A DNA stretch of 58,389 bases, filler included, from Circinaria calcarea (GCA_051942165.1; 9 parts of 9 records of this genome joined end to end with filler, not necessarily neighbours in it), one strand, 5' to 3'. Positions 25,062 to 38,788 are shown, counted from the whole stretch's first letter. Notes: generated by a model not told the origin, from the letters alone. Translations and numbers: made by a program.

Positions 25062-25524
25062 TAACTAAATCCATCAAATCTTGGATATTCCCTCGTAATT
25101 GCCTATGTGAGCTTAGCGTATTCTACCGCGGAACGATAAACTCCTGTAGACCTTCATTACTCGACACGTGCTTGAGTAACCAGCAGCATAACAACCGCTC
25201 GATCAACATGGTAAGAATCTACATCTCCCTTGCTCATAGCATCCGTTAATGTATGTTATTAACCTTAAGGGGTTTTAGGGCTTAGCTAACCCAATTAATT
25301 ACAAGGGTAGCAGGATCTCACCGCGCGTCGGGAGCCATTCGAGTGTCGCGTTATTCTAAAGGGGTCCTTCGCCTCTGCGCTACGAAGGTACTTGGTCGGC
25401 GAGATTCAAGCCAGATGAAACAAAGCGTAGCACGCAGGACAGGAGCCCTCAAGTCGCTCTTTATGCAGCTGTTACCCCGCTATAGCTTCACCTAAAGGTA
25501 GGCTCTCGTTAAACATTCTACGTA

Positions 25525-25935
<411 letters not shown>

Positions 25936-26035
25936 NNNNNNNNNNNNNNNNNNNNNNNNNNNNNNNNNNNNNNNNNNNNTTAATTAATTAANNNNNNNNN
26001 NNNNNNNNNNNNNNNNNNNNNNNNNNNNNNNNNNN

Positions 26036-26250
26036 TCATTGAGCTGCATTCCAAAGCCATACAAGTTTTGCGGTTGGCGGGAGTCGAATTTACTGACGGA
26101 ACGTGGAAAGGCTTCCTTGAGCGTCTAAAGCCACTGACTCTCAATCTGGTTACTTTCGACACACGCCAGTTCTCGAGATATCGTGGTGACGACCAGGAAT
26201 GCCCTGTAATCGCTTTCCTCAACGATACTGGTCCGAATCCGTACAAATAG
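26036..26250 (+). CDS. 3' end of an unidentified protein (5' truncated)
   Basis: Open frame from the contig edge: IELHSKAIQVLRLAGVEFTDGTWKGFLERLK..GPNPYK*. Confidence 0.45.
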
Positions 26251-27226
26251 CCGAAAGTCGTATTATATGGGAATCTTCGCTAAGTAATGATGCTGGCCCG
26301 GGGGTTTTGGGCTGGAGTTTTCGAGGGCGGCCTGAAGATGGAACTATTCAGCAGATGATGAGTCAGCGCAAGGGCATCCTGCTCACGATCAGTGTAGAAC
26401 ATGGCACCGAAGATCTGGCCAGGTGGGGAGACATGTATAACTGGCCATGGTTAGATATGCCGATTGTGCAACGTATGCCCTTCCATAAGACATGCTACTT
26501 GAGAATGATTGAGATTTCGGCAAAGTCGAATCATCAACGTGCTTTGACAGCTTGTGCTTTGAAACCTAGTTGTAACTCTTGTGACGTGTATTATCCTTTG
26601 ATCCAACTTCGAAACCACCCCACCCATCGGGCATCATCCGTAGAACCATTGTGCAATAAAACCCCCATACACGAACCACAATGTTTCCATTCTTTGGCTG
26701 GTCGGTACATCCAGTGGTTGAAGATTGCCGTTTTGGGATCTGCCCTACACTAGCGTAGCTACGCTCAAAATAGAGCGGCTACTTCTCGCCACATACGCGT
26801 AAGATGTCGCGCGCAGAGAGCAGCATCAGGATCAATGTGAGTGGAGAAAGATGGGGTTGCAGACCCATCAGTGCCGTCCTCGGCGACCAGCTCCATTGGC
26901 CGTCACACGTCGTTGCCATTCCACTGATCCGTTCGACGACTCTTCAATGTGCTTACAAAATGCTCCAGCTTCCCAGGGCGCAGTCATCTGCGTAATCCTC
27001 GTGTAGGATTTGGGTCTGTGAAAGAGGCACTATACAGCACAATCTCTTTAGACTTGAGCCATCACTTTTCACCTTCCTTTCTCAACCATCCAGTTTCTCG
27101 CTTCTGCTTCCTAAAGGTCTTGTCTTCTTTGTTACCCTTTCCGGTTTACTAAGCTATTCACCCTCCGCGCGCTCGACTATCCAACCACTAACCTTCCCAC
27201 TATCCATCTCCCAGGACCTTTGCATC

Positions 27227-28435
27227 ATGGTAGCCTTTTTGTTGACTGCACCTCTACTTCTATTCCTGTTGTTGCCAGCTACGTTGGCATCACTGCTGCG
27301 GCCAAGGAACTTGACAGTAGCCTGTAACAACTCGCCACAGATATGCAGCGCATCCTACTCGGAGATAACGCATCTGGGCGCCCATGACAGCCCTTTCCTC
27401 CGAGACGCCTCCACGGGATTTAGCGATTCTGGCAACCAGTAATCCGGAGCCGCTCATCTTTGACAGCATGAGCTAATCAGGATTTAGGTTTGTAAATACC
27501 ACTGCGCAATTGAACGCTGGCGTCCGGCTTCTATCTGCCCAGGTTCATAACAACAACGGATCTTGGAATGTGTGCCACACGAGCTGCAGCCTTCTTGATG
27601 CTGGGACTTTGGGCAACTGGTTGGCAGAAATCAAGGCATGGATGGATGTCAATTTAAACGATGGTGAGAAGTCTGGAAGCTACCGCCTGGCGAATAGCAG
27701 CATCTAATGTGGAATGGGGATGTAGTTGTGACCATCTTACTGGTGAACTCGGACCAAGCATCCGCCCAACAGTTAAATGAGCAGTTCCAGGCTGCTGCCA
27801 TTATACCTTATACATACACGCCTCCATCAACCACCACCGCCCTGGCGACCTGGCCCACCTTGCAAGAAATGATTGCAGCATCTACCCGCCTTGTCACCTT
27901 CGTGGCATCTCTTGATCCAGCATCCAATACCGTTGCTCCATACCTGCTTGACGAGTTTACTTTTGTATTCGAGAATCCTTTCGATGTTACAAACACCAGT
28001 GATTTCTCTTGCACGCCAGATAGACCACCCTCAGTACAAGGCAATACACTCTCTGCGATCCAGTCTGGTAGATTGCCGCTTATGAATCATTTCCTCTATA
28101 TCGCACAAGCGTTTGGTATCCAAACACCGAACTTAGGCGCTATAAATAACACCAATGCTCCGTCAGGGACCGTGGGCAACCTTGGGACTGCTGCATCCAA
28201 TTGCAGGTCTGTATATGGCAAAGCGCCAACGTTTATACTTGTGGATTTCTTCGACGAGGGACCGGCTATTAGTACAGTCGATACCTTGAATGGGATTTCG
28301 GCGATGGGCAGGATAAGCCCTGTATCAGCGAGGGTGGTAACATCCGCTAATAGCGGTGCTGCTTTCGGCAAAATTTTATTCTCTCGTGGGATTCTACTCT
28401 GGACGATTAGTATTGCCGTGGTAGTCTTGGCGTGA
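27227..28435 (+). CDS. Secreted, probably GPI-anchored PLC-like phosphodiesterase; introns 27439-27487 and 27664-27725
   Basis: Signal peptide; [69 protein letters not shown]; hydrophobic tail. Confidence 0.88.
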
Positions 28436-28614
28436 TGGGTTCTGGAACCAGTTGCGACGAGACTGTTCAATTTGCAGCATTGCGATGGCGTTGAGGGAAC
28501 CAATTGACCGCGTGGATGGTGTTTGGATAGTATTTGCATAGCGTGGGTACGTGTCCATGGCAGAACAGTAGATCACGGAGCATCATGACAGCATAGCGAA
28601 AGTTACATGGGATA

Positions 28615-29209
28615 TTACGGTTTCACATCCTTGGCAAGGAGATTATTGACGGCAGTGACCTTGTCACTAAAGGACTGCTTCTTATCGATTCTGATTTCCC
28701 ATCAGTGTTCTTAGGCCTTATATATGCATATAGATAAACGTACCTCGAGCCAATCCTGATATCCGTTTGGATCCTCATCACCCCTTTCTCGTGTAACATT
28801 GTGTGTGCCATACCAATCACTTTCATGACTTCATCCCAAGGACCTTCTGAGAAAAAGTCAGATAGATGAGCTATATCCTGTCGCTCCCAACTCCCTCCCT
28901 TCCGCAGTCTACAGCATTCCACCAAAGGGGAACCTCGGGGTAGGAGATGATCTCACCAACCGTGGTGCCAGCACTATGCATTGAATACTCCAAACCGCAC
29001 TTCTGCATCAGACGCTGCACGTCGGCTATGTGCTGCGAGACGGATGCGGTTGGAGTGCCAATCTAGAGAATGGTCCATGGTTATTTGGGGCTTGAGGGCA
29101 AAGAATGAGTCGGGGAGGAGGAAGTGTGGCCTACGGGAATCAGGCAAAAATCGGCGACACATGATGGAGGGGTGGAGTATGAAGGGCGTTGGGAGTTGGA
29201 GTCGCTCAT
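28615..29209 (-). CDS. ECM15: Ecm15 / thiamine-binding (UPF0045) family protein, 4 exons
   Basis: Spliced [90 protein letters not shown]. Confidence 0.88.
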
Positions 29210-29574
29210 GCTGTTGATGGTTCTTGAGAGCGGGATATCTGAGAAAATTGTATTGAGGGTCAAGAATGGCAACAGTTCTTTGCGTGAGGTCTTGAGGAGT
29301 GCCAAGCTTTGAGGTTGGGGATCCTTCGCGACAATACCCGCAGTTCGCTTCTCCTTCATGCGCTTTCAACCACTGTCACTCTGCTTTCACTTGACTGTAT
29401 GGCATACTGATTGAGATATATAGTTCACAGCCGGGAGGGTTTAATGAGTTTCAAATCAGTGCTCATGGATTTCCAGGTCTCTGTCACATCTGTCTCCTCC
29501 ATACTAGTCAAACGGTACTAGATCATGCGTATCTCTTCCTATCCTTATCATCCTTTTAGGTGCTTGGTATTACA

Positions 29575-30704
29575 ATGCAGATCCTCGAGCTTCCACCAGA
29601 TATCCGGCTAGAATTACTAGCAGAAGGGGCCGCAAACATAGTTTATCGACTTATTTTCCCTCCGAGGAGCCCTACTATCAACTCAGAATCTTACTCTGAA
29701 GACGAAGACTATGGCCCTGATACTCCGCCGCCCACGGAAATACCGATGCTACGCCCAGATCAGTTAATCAAGGGCAAGCTATTGCGGCTCAGAAAAGATC
29801 TTCTCACTTCAACCTCCGTCTTCGATGCTCAGCAGGCTTTCGAGGAGTGCATCAAGCCTCGCTTCTCCAAGGATGATTTGGTAGAACAGGACTTAATCCG
29901 ACTACCTCCAGGTCTGGTTGAGACCTGCAATAAAGAGTTACGGAGAACGGAGACCGAAATGATTAGACCCAGAAAGCGCCATGGGGTCTATCTGTCCAGT
30001 GCTGAGCCTTACGGGATCGTAGTGACGGACATGTCTTTGAATGGTCACGAGGATGTCCTTGGCATTGAATTCAAACCCAAGTGGCTGGCCCAGTCTCCAT
30101 CTGCCCCAGCGGGCGCAAGGAGATGCAGAACCTGTGCGCTGCGCATGATGCGGATTGCCAACAATAGAAACACTGGAGAGCAAGTACTCACATTGAAAGA
30201 AAGTTTCTGCCCTTTAAACCTCGTTTCCCTCGACAGAGCCAAGGTTGCTGCCACAATCAATGATATACTACGCGGTTCTAGTTGCTCAGAACCTCTGAGT
30301 TCCCGCATCCTCGATTTCATTTATCAGTCGCCCTTGTTACCCTCGTTGAAGGAGCAGCAGGTGCAGCTGGATCCGATTGGTGTGTTCGCGATTTCGAATG
30401 ATAGCATTGATTTCATGACAGCGATGACGTTGAGAGACTGCACACTGTTCGTCAAAGTACGAGACTTGTATCCTTTTGACTAAACGTAGCAGATGATGCT
30501 GACGATTTCCAGATCAACCAAAGCCAAGATTTCGAAATCGAGGCAAGACTCGGAGATCTAGACCTCAAGTCTCCAAGCAAGTTCGATTATTGGCGATCAC
30601 TCGAACGGGAGTTGATTGATGGAGGTTGGTACACGGGTACGAAAGAGTATCCAGCGATGGGAAGTGCGAGGTGTTCTTTGGAAGCAGCAGAATTGCAAGC
30701 ATAA
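29575..30704 (+). CDS. IPK1: Inositol-pentakisphosphate 2-kinase; intron 30457-30512
   Basis: AEGAANIVY, EFKPKWL, RRCRTCA, FCPLNL, AMTLRDCTLF and DLDLKS motifs. Confidence 0.9.
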
Positions 30705-31134
30705 ACTTGGGATAACGGTTGGTTGTAGCATCTTCTTCTTCATCAGGTCAGGTGTGTATGTAATGCAGCAAAGAATGGTAGTTGCTGCTGGTCATCACTA
30801 AACGTTTCCTACTCAATCGTTTATTCACCAAGGAAGCTGCTAGCCATATAGGCTTAGGTACAAACCATGCACCTTGCAGTAGTAAAATAATAGATTAATG
30901 AACACAGTGTCTCGAGATGGAATCTCAATTCATCTGTCTTGACTTTATTCCTCAAGTGAAGAACACTTCATCTTTGTTTTCTATTTTACAACCATGTCCC
31001 GGGGAAATCCTTCATATTTGATTATAGGACATTATAATTTCATCGAAAACAGCACTTATGGCGCAACCGGATAGAAACCACCTTCCGCAGTACGCCTACA
31101 GAATCCGCTTCTGTACGTGTACGGTTGTTTCCTA

Positions 31135-31218
31135 GGGCGGATAAGACGTCAATTCTCGCCTGATCTTTTTGCACCAATTTTCCAAGGTCAGGTTCGAGTT
31201 CGATTCACGCTCCGGCCA
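31135..31218 (+). ncRNA. Degenerate tRNA-like cloverleaf (possible pseudo-tRNA or Pol III element)
   Basis: GGGCGGA/TCCGGCC acceptor-like stem (6/7); CCTGATCTT/AAGGTCAGG stem; GTTCGATTC B-box; T7 run at 31224. D arm and T stem are poor. Confidence 0.3.
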
Positions 31219-32536
31219 ATTGATTTTTTTGTATTTTTTGACTTTTGAGGTTCTGGTCTCAATTAATTTGAAATTAAGTGTGGGTTTCCAGCGTTTTTGC
31301 CTCCGCTGCTCAGCAAGTTCCGAGTGGAACTCCCAGGCACGAGAATTCCATCGTCCTCCGAAGCTCTGCGGGTTATATCATAGTAACTACCGCTCTCGAA
31401 CAGAAACAGTGACCTTGGTTGGACGGTGTTATCGAATGCCCGTTTTTCGTTTACCCGTTTTCCCCATATCCGAGTTCGAATCACGCTAAACCTCTTCCCA
31501 AGGGGTGTGGGCTATTACGCCTCCACCCCTACCCAATCTGGAGTAAACAACATCTCGACTCGGTCGCTGTTTCAGGGTAAAGTCGGGTGAGTTTCGTAGC
31601 CACGACCTTTCGCCCTTTTTTTTTTGGTTATTATCGACTTTGTTTTCGGGGTTTTAAGCCTTCAGGGATAATTGCGCCAACAACGAGAGTTTATCATGTT
31701 ATCAAGAGCAAACAAGCTGAACTGTTTTCCAGACTCTATCGTGCCTTTGTTAACAGTTTAGGCTCCCACTATTTCACCTCCGGTAAGTACACTTTCATCA
31801 AGCGCACATCGGACTTTTATATCTCGGCTTCGTATTTGCATCCTCACCGAATGTACCACCTCAGCTTCGCACCGTGCTAAAAATGGAGACCCCCTTGCAG
31901 CATCAACGATCAGACATGCTTCCAGCAGCCGTAGGCGATCCTGCAGGAGAGACCACTAATCGCAAAACAGCATGTTTTGACACGACATCCCAGCATCTCG
32001 GGGGCTGGGTCAGCACGAATTTAGCCCATCACGAAAGAGTACCTACCAACTACTTTGTGTCCTCCCGCAACCGCCAACCTACGCATTCCCGTTTAAAAAA
32101 AAAAAAGAAGTCCTACCACCTGGAGCTAACACTTCCAACCGTATCCAGTACACAATGTATCTAACATGCAGCAAACCTCCATCTCTCTCCGTTCAATCCG
32201 ACCACACCATCCCCCACTCCCTATCTACCGCAAACTACACGGTCCTCTATCCCGGCCCCTGCCTCACCCGGCCCTGTTCACCATATCAGTATCCCAACTC
32301 CCCTCAATCCATTTAAGCCTCTCCCCTCTTGGTTTTCTTACCCAGCCCTCCCACTCCTCCAATCCCTCCTCTTCAATCTCCTATCCCCGAAACCGCAGGG
32401 GTCGGGGGTCAGGGCCAGGGGCGCAGAGTGCAGAGANNNNNNNNNNNNNNNNNNNNNNNNNNNNNNNNNNNNNNNNNNNNTTAATTAATTAANNNNNNNN
32501 NNNNNNNNNNNNNNNNNNNNNNNNNNNNNNNNNNNN

Positions 32537-34276
32537 TCTCGCTCTGATCATTCTTCAACCGTTGATTGTACGTATCAAACACCGGTCGTTCAAGAAGCAA
32601 GCCTAAGCCGGGAGCTTTAGGGATCGTATATCTGTCTGCATTGTAAGAGTCCTGGATCCTTCCTTCATGACAACCGCATCGAACCACCAGAGCCACCATG
32701 CTCACCATCTTGCGGATCTGATGCATCATGAAGCTCTGTCCGTGGACTTTGAGAGAAAGCCATTCTGTGTCGTTGATGATGATAGGCGTCCCATTCACCA
32801 CAAATGATTTGATTACTCGCTTGGCTGAAGGGTCCCTGGAAGATTTCCCAATTGTGTAGTTATGATATTTATGTGTTCCAACGTAACGAGAAAGCGTTGA
32901 GCGAACTCTAGCAAGTCGGTCTGGATGGATCCGATAAGCTTTTTTAGCTTTAACGTACCCTTCCTTAAGCTCCCTGACCCTCACATCGAGAGGTGATGTT
33001 TCCTTTATTTGTGCTGTACAAACATCTCTGTCTTTTGTGGACTGAGGGTCTGCCATTTGCGGAGACTCGACATGACCCTTGCTTATTTCCTGGTGCGCCA
33101 TGTCTTCTAGCTTAGAGCCGACGTCTAACTGCCGATCTGTGACAAGCCGTCCATTGAGTTGCTTTGATGACTTCTCTGACTGAAATTCTGCATCATTGAT
33201 GAGCTGGTCAGGCGCGCGATCGTACAACGCTCTGATGACCAAGGGCCGGATTGATAAATCAGTGAGATCAAGGATGGGTTTAATATATTGTGCTTCCGTG
33301 TCTGACCAGAATGTAGAGACATCCCGTTGTCTTTCCTCGAATCCGGTGCGATCGTTAGCCTCTTCAGCAAGCTCGACTAGCTTCTTGCCTAGGAAGCTTT
33401 CGGGATGGGGTGGCAGGAAGCAGTGAGTTGGTATTAGATATTCGTAGATCCGCGAATCACAAAGCTGGTAGGCACTGAAACTTCCGTTGGTTCTCTCCAT
33501 GCCCCATACCCGAATTTGAGGTGATAGGTTGTCATTGATTCTTTGGACAATATCCTTGTCTTCAACTATGAGCTTCATAGATATGACGTTGCCGGCCGCA
33601 TGGACGCCTTTATCCGTTCGCGCACAACGAACAAGAGAAGATTTCTTTGGGTCGTCGGCATTAGCTTTTGAGACTGCACCGGCAGCAACAAAGGCACCGA
33701 ACAGATCGCCCTCAATGGTCTTCTCATGGTGGTTGCTGTGTATGTATTTATTAGGACCAACAAAATCTGATCAAGGAGTGCTTGGTTTGTCCTATCTTAC
33801 AGTTGCATGCCTTTATATCCACTCCCTGAATATCCTATCATCACAGCTACTTTCCTCTTAGGCCTGCGCTCCTCCTTTTCAATCTCCTCCTTTGAGTATT
33901 CCACCGCGTAAATTGGTCGGTCCTCCTTCTCATTTGCAAGTTTTCGACGCTTAGCAGCCTCATGTGCAGCGTCATTGCGGGTTCTCTTATTAACTTGCAT
34001 TCGACTTGATTAGTTAGTCCGGATGATGGTAGGAGAAAAGCGGCAGCTTAGCTACTTGTAATCTGAGCGCCCCATATCAGATCTCTTATTGCGACCACCT
34101 CTTGATCCCCTACCAGCTGAATTGTCTCTCCCCCTCCCTCCCCTGTGCGGAGATTTTGCCCGCTTTCGTGGATTTGCCTCTGTGATGGATTTAGATGGGT
34201 CGTTTGCAAGAGGCGTTGGGCCCTGCTGAGGTTGCAGATCTACGCTGGGCGCCATTTCGTCCTTGGAAAAACCCAT
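32537..34276 (-). CDS. PUS1: tRNA pseudouridine synthase Pus1 (TruA family); multi-exon, 3' truncated; start at 34276 or 34255
   Basis: RRPKRKVAVMIGYSGSGYKGMQ; TIEGDLF; RCARTDKGVHAAGN (catalytic Asp); GTHKYHNYT; GQSFMMHQIRKMV; PKAPGLGLLL. Confidence 0.93.
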
Positions 34277-34704
34277 AGCGATGCAGAACCTCACATGAGA
34301 GATTTTAGATAATTTGAGACAATTCGGAGGTACTACTTAGCGTCATGAGGCTCAGCCCTACTTCAGCCATAGCTCCGTACCTTGCGTTAGCATAACCTGG
34401 GCAGTCATCATTCAAATAATTTGACTCCCACATCCAGCAACCCATCGTGGGCCTCACGGCTTTTTCATTCTTTCAACAAGCTGTATAGTAACCGTATCTT
34501 CTGTTAACCTCGATCGGAGCACCTTTGCTCTATCGAATTTACGTTTGCGACTCACCATCTCAGCCCAGGGCGCTGGCAGATAGTGAATGATGGGCGACCA
34601 TAGACCTTGTCAATATTCTCTTTAGTGGACTCAGCATCTCCCTCTGAGGCAGCTAGGGAGCACTCTCTGAGATCAGTTCCTTTTCCTCTGAATATTCTAC
34701 CGCC

Positions 34705-36203
34705 ATGGATCTAGCCAAAATCCTCATTCGCAGCGTTGTGCGTGCCTTCTACGATACAAAGCATGTGCTGGTCATTGATGCTTTGATGGTCCACTCGGCG
34801 TCTGTGCATTACCTATGTTTCGAGCGGTGGACAAGTGCTGATGCCACCATGCAGGTTGCCCAACGAGGATCTGGCGTTACTACTGGGTATGCAACAGAAG
34901 GACCTACGTAAGCTGTGTGGGAAGTTGAGAGAAGATAGACTGTTAGCTGTGTGAGTTTGAGATTATGTTCTTACGGACTGATTTGTTTCATTTGCTAATG
35001 ATGGGTTCTAGTCACTCACGACAGGAAACTCGAGAGGGCCAACAACGACCGGTCAATAAGGAATATTACTACATTGACTTTCACGCCACCATTGATGCTA
35101 TCAAGTACCGCATTTTCCGGCTTACGAACCAACTCAAAGATATGTATAAGCCCAGCGATGAGAAAAAGGACTATCACTGCCCGCGATGCCGCGCCCAGTG
35201 GACTCAGCTTGAAGTGCTTGATAGAATTTCTATGACGGGCGACTTCCTCTGCCATCGTTGTGACGGCGTTCTCGAGCGTGATGACATAAGCGCAGCCGAT
35301 ATGGCTGGCCACGAGCGACAGAGTAAACTCATGGCTCAGCTTGAAAAACTCTTGAAGCTCATGCCTCTGATTGACTCTCAAGTCATCCCAAACAATAATT
35401 TCGAAACAGCTTTTTCAAACGCTGTCCCAGTGGAAAGAAACGAAGCAATCAACCCTGTTCGAAAGACGGAGCCGCTCGAACTTGGAAAAGGTCTTCCAAC
35501 TGCTGTGAAAGGCATGACTCAAACCGCGCTGGCACCTTTAGAGATATCTTTAACCACAACATCCGAGCGTACAGCTGCAGAACAGGCCGCGGAAGCCAAG
35601 CGTAAAGCCGAAGTCGCTGCCCAGAATGTTCTTCCAGTCTGGCATACAGCATCGACTGTGACGGGTGAAGCGACTGCTCTCGGTAATAGAGAGCGTGAAC
35701 GCATTGCTAGTGGTAGTACTCCTAGTGTCCTAAAAGGCGAGGAAGAGGAGAAGAAAGATGGTAACGTGCTAAACGATGAGTTAGCAGCTTATTACGCTCA
35801 AATGCAGCAAGAAAAAGAAAAAGAAGCTAGAGAAGACCGAGACGCCGACGCCGATTCTGACAGCGAAGACGAGTTCGAAGACGTTGGTGTCGGCGCTTCC
35901 GAGGCAGCCACCCCGTCTAGCTCTGTTTCCGTCGGCCTTAACGGTTCCAATGCGCCTTCAGTCTCGATTAATGGCTTCAAAAAGCACAAAATCGAGAGTG
36001 AGTCTGGAAGCAGTGCTCCCGGCACTGGCATGTCAACGCCGGCTGCCTCTGGTACGGCTGCAGATGATGGAGCCATGGCAGCTGCAAAGAGGGTCAAGTT
36101 GGAAGATCCACGGAATGGGACCCTTGTGAGGAAAGAGAGTTCGGAGAAATTGGAGAAGGATTCCGATGAGGATGAAGAAGCCGAGTTTGAGGATGCCCTC
36201 TAG
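34705..36203 (+). CDS. TFA1: Transcription factor TFIIE alpha subunit, 3 exons
   Basis: MDLAKILIRSVVRAFY; YYYIDFHATIDAIKYRI; zinc ribbon CPRC..FLCHRC; QNVLPVWH; acidic C-terminal EFEDAL. Confidence 0.93.
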
Positions 36204-37114
36204 CGCAATGCGGAGGTGGGCTTTGTGGATCTTGAGGTTCTAGAAAGGAGGAAGAATTGACTCCCAATGGCATGATACCCGGATTTAGGCGCACTTGTGA
36301 GGTAGTCTCGCTAGGTCAAGTGAATTGAACGATTAGATCTACTGGTTCTACACGATAATCAACTTTCCCAAGAAATCCATAGTCAACTTATGCGCTTCTC
36401 CCAATCATGTTCAAATCGGTCCCTGGGGAGATCTGTGTGAAAGCGGGAAGGAGGATCTGAGGGGAAGGGGGGGCTTATAGATAAGCTAGTGATTAGCATA
36501 TTGTTCGAGATAAAACTATTGGTCCAAGCTCTGGAATTAGGGCTGAGCCCCCGCTACCCATTCGCCGTGGAATTGTGAAGAGTTGATATAGGAAGTCATG
36601 TGCTCAAAGTCAACAGAACTAGCACCGACTTATGATTGTGACACCTCCTCTATCAATCAACCCACTTCGCATATATCTAATAAACATCAGGGGTAATTCG
36701 ACACTCTACCGACAATGGAGGCGGTGAGGCTCTCACTGTTGTATCAGTCTACTCATTCAACTGTGAAGTGTGGAAACCAGCAGGCGCCACCTTGAACGTG
36801 CCGGCCACGATACTTTTCTTTTCAAGATTAGAGCACCTATAGAGTGGCACTGTTCATGGGTCAATGTATTGCTACACCTTTCTAGCTTTTCGCATACGTG
36901 ATGACAGTCGTTTCAGCCTTCCGATTTGGAGGAAGAGCAGTTTCATCGTTTTCCACTCAGCTTATGCCTATTGCCCCTGATGCGTGACAAGTCCGTTCCG
37001 AGACACTGCAATAGAGTTCTGCGCCAATCGGCAATATTCTACCATATATCCTATATCTGATAATAATATGCAGCGCACGGTAGTTACACGAGCTACGGTC
37101 CTACAAGTTTAATC

Positions 37115-38608
37115 ATGTCCTTAGGTTCCCTATTAAACGTGGCTCCGGCTCATCCTGACTTCCATATTTGCGATGCGGTTTACGGATCAGACCTACTGAT
37201 CAATGATTGCATCTTAGCAAAATATATGCTTGTAGCTACAACACATGAAGAAAATTACTATTGGAGCAATCCCCGCTCTACAAACAATTTCCCAATCACC
37301 GCAGCTCATGGTAAGTAATTGGTGCAGTCGATAACCTTTCCACGGGTTCACTCTAGCCTAGGCAAATGTCATATTGCGGTCGAGGTGGCGGGTGCAGTCC
37401 ACAGTCAGCTACCGATACCAATCTCTCCTAGAGTGCTCAACGAACTGGCATCTTGGCTCATCAGACAATGTACAATCGGGAGAAATGGCCTTGGTGGAAT
37501 GGTCACCCGCGGGATGGGGCCTATAGTTGAACACTATCAAAGCATCCCCGCAACAGAAGATTTGCTGTCTTCCGGGCGTAAGTAAATCTTTGTTGTCAAA
37601 GACCCAGGCTAATCCATGAAGCCGAATCGAGCCATTTCATCACCGTCACCATTACCGACAGTGACGAGTTGACTGAACCGGGTGACCATGATCCAGCAAT
37701 TCCTTTGGCCATTGCAAACGCAGAAAACGTTCATGCTAGAAATCACCCTGAGGACCGGAGTAACGACATGCACAAGGACAACGCAGCCTTCTTTACTCGG
37801 AGAGCCGAACGCATGACACGCGGAGGTCGGACGTCGTGGTGGGATAATCAAAATGATGGCGAGTTTACGGATGATACGGCCTACGAATGCGATGCCGGTC
37901 TGGGAACCCCAAGAGAAGTCGATTGTACTCAGATAGAGTGGTACCAACTCCAGCCGGCCTCTGATTCTTTGAAGGTGAAAGCCGGAGAAGTCTTATTCTA
38001 TCATTCTAGTAGGTCTTTCACAGCAAAGATTTCGATCCTAGCAATTAGTGTTTCAAACAACAATCAAGTTGGGTCGAAACTTGCGAATGTTATCTACCAG
38101 CCTTGGACCTTCGAACCCGCAAAATCACCTCATTCCATGCCTACTTTCTCCACAGCTCGCTAACCTCTTTCCGCTCCTACATAGACACATGCTACCTCGC
38201 AATCTCCTCTACCGTCTCCCTCGTCCTCAGTTGGGCCCAAATCCGCACCGCCCTCTCCACCCTCCTAAGCGTCTGCGTCCAACCTCCGATTCAGTTTCCC
38301 CAAGGAGGACGAGCTTATTACGCACCTCAACCGCTCCGCGTTAGCGGTCCAGGCCATGGCAAAGCAAAAGGTAAAGGAAAAAGAAAGCGAGGAACCGGTC
38401 TCACTGGTACGTTAGATTATACTCTTCCCGTCTCGGTCGCCGTAATGCTAAATCTACTTTAGGTTGGAATGCCCTCCCGCCACACGCGAACATCACCGTC
38501 TTCCAGCAAACCGAGCCGTGGACGAATCCTGTTGACGAAATCAAGAGTTGTACGTGGAACGCGGTTGTACGTGGAACGCCTGTTCAGCGGTGTATACGGC
38601 AGAGATAA
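37115..38608 (+). CDS. Five-exon cysteine-rich hypothetical protein with two similar domains
   Basis: Four GT-AG introns join the ORF-track fragments into one frame: CDAVYGSDLLINDC..G|KCHIAV..LIRQC..GG..PGDHDP..ECDAGLGTPREVDC..N|TCYLAI..LLSVC..GGRAYY..KRKR..CTWNAV..C*. Confidence 0.72.
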
Positions 38609-38788
38609 TATTGGGGTTGGGGTGTGATGGGAGAAGTTAGGTATAAAAGGAAATGGGGAATGGGGAATGACTAGCAAGTTGGAATCATTGTGATGTGTGA
38701 GAAACTCGCGCTGCTGGATGGAGATCTTGATTTTCTTAATACGGAATACACAAAGACAGAAGGCACGATATATACTGCATATAGAAGA

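Noticed and set aside
24444..25249. Two opposite-strand ORFs sharing PCGDPKK.KHLENAPTIMER, suggesting a duplicated gene
   Set aside because: The shared peptide is just the translation of the two MITE TIRs.
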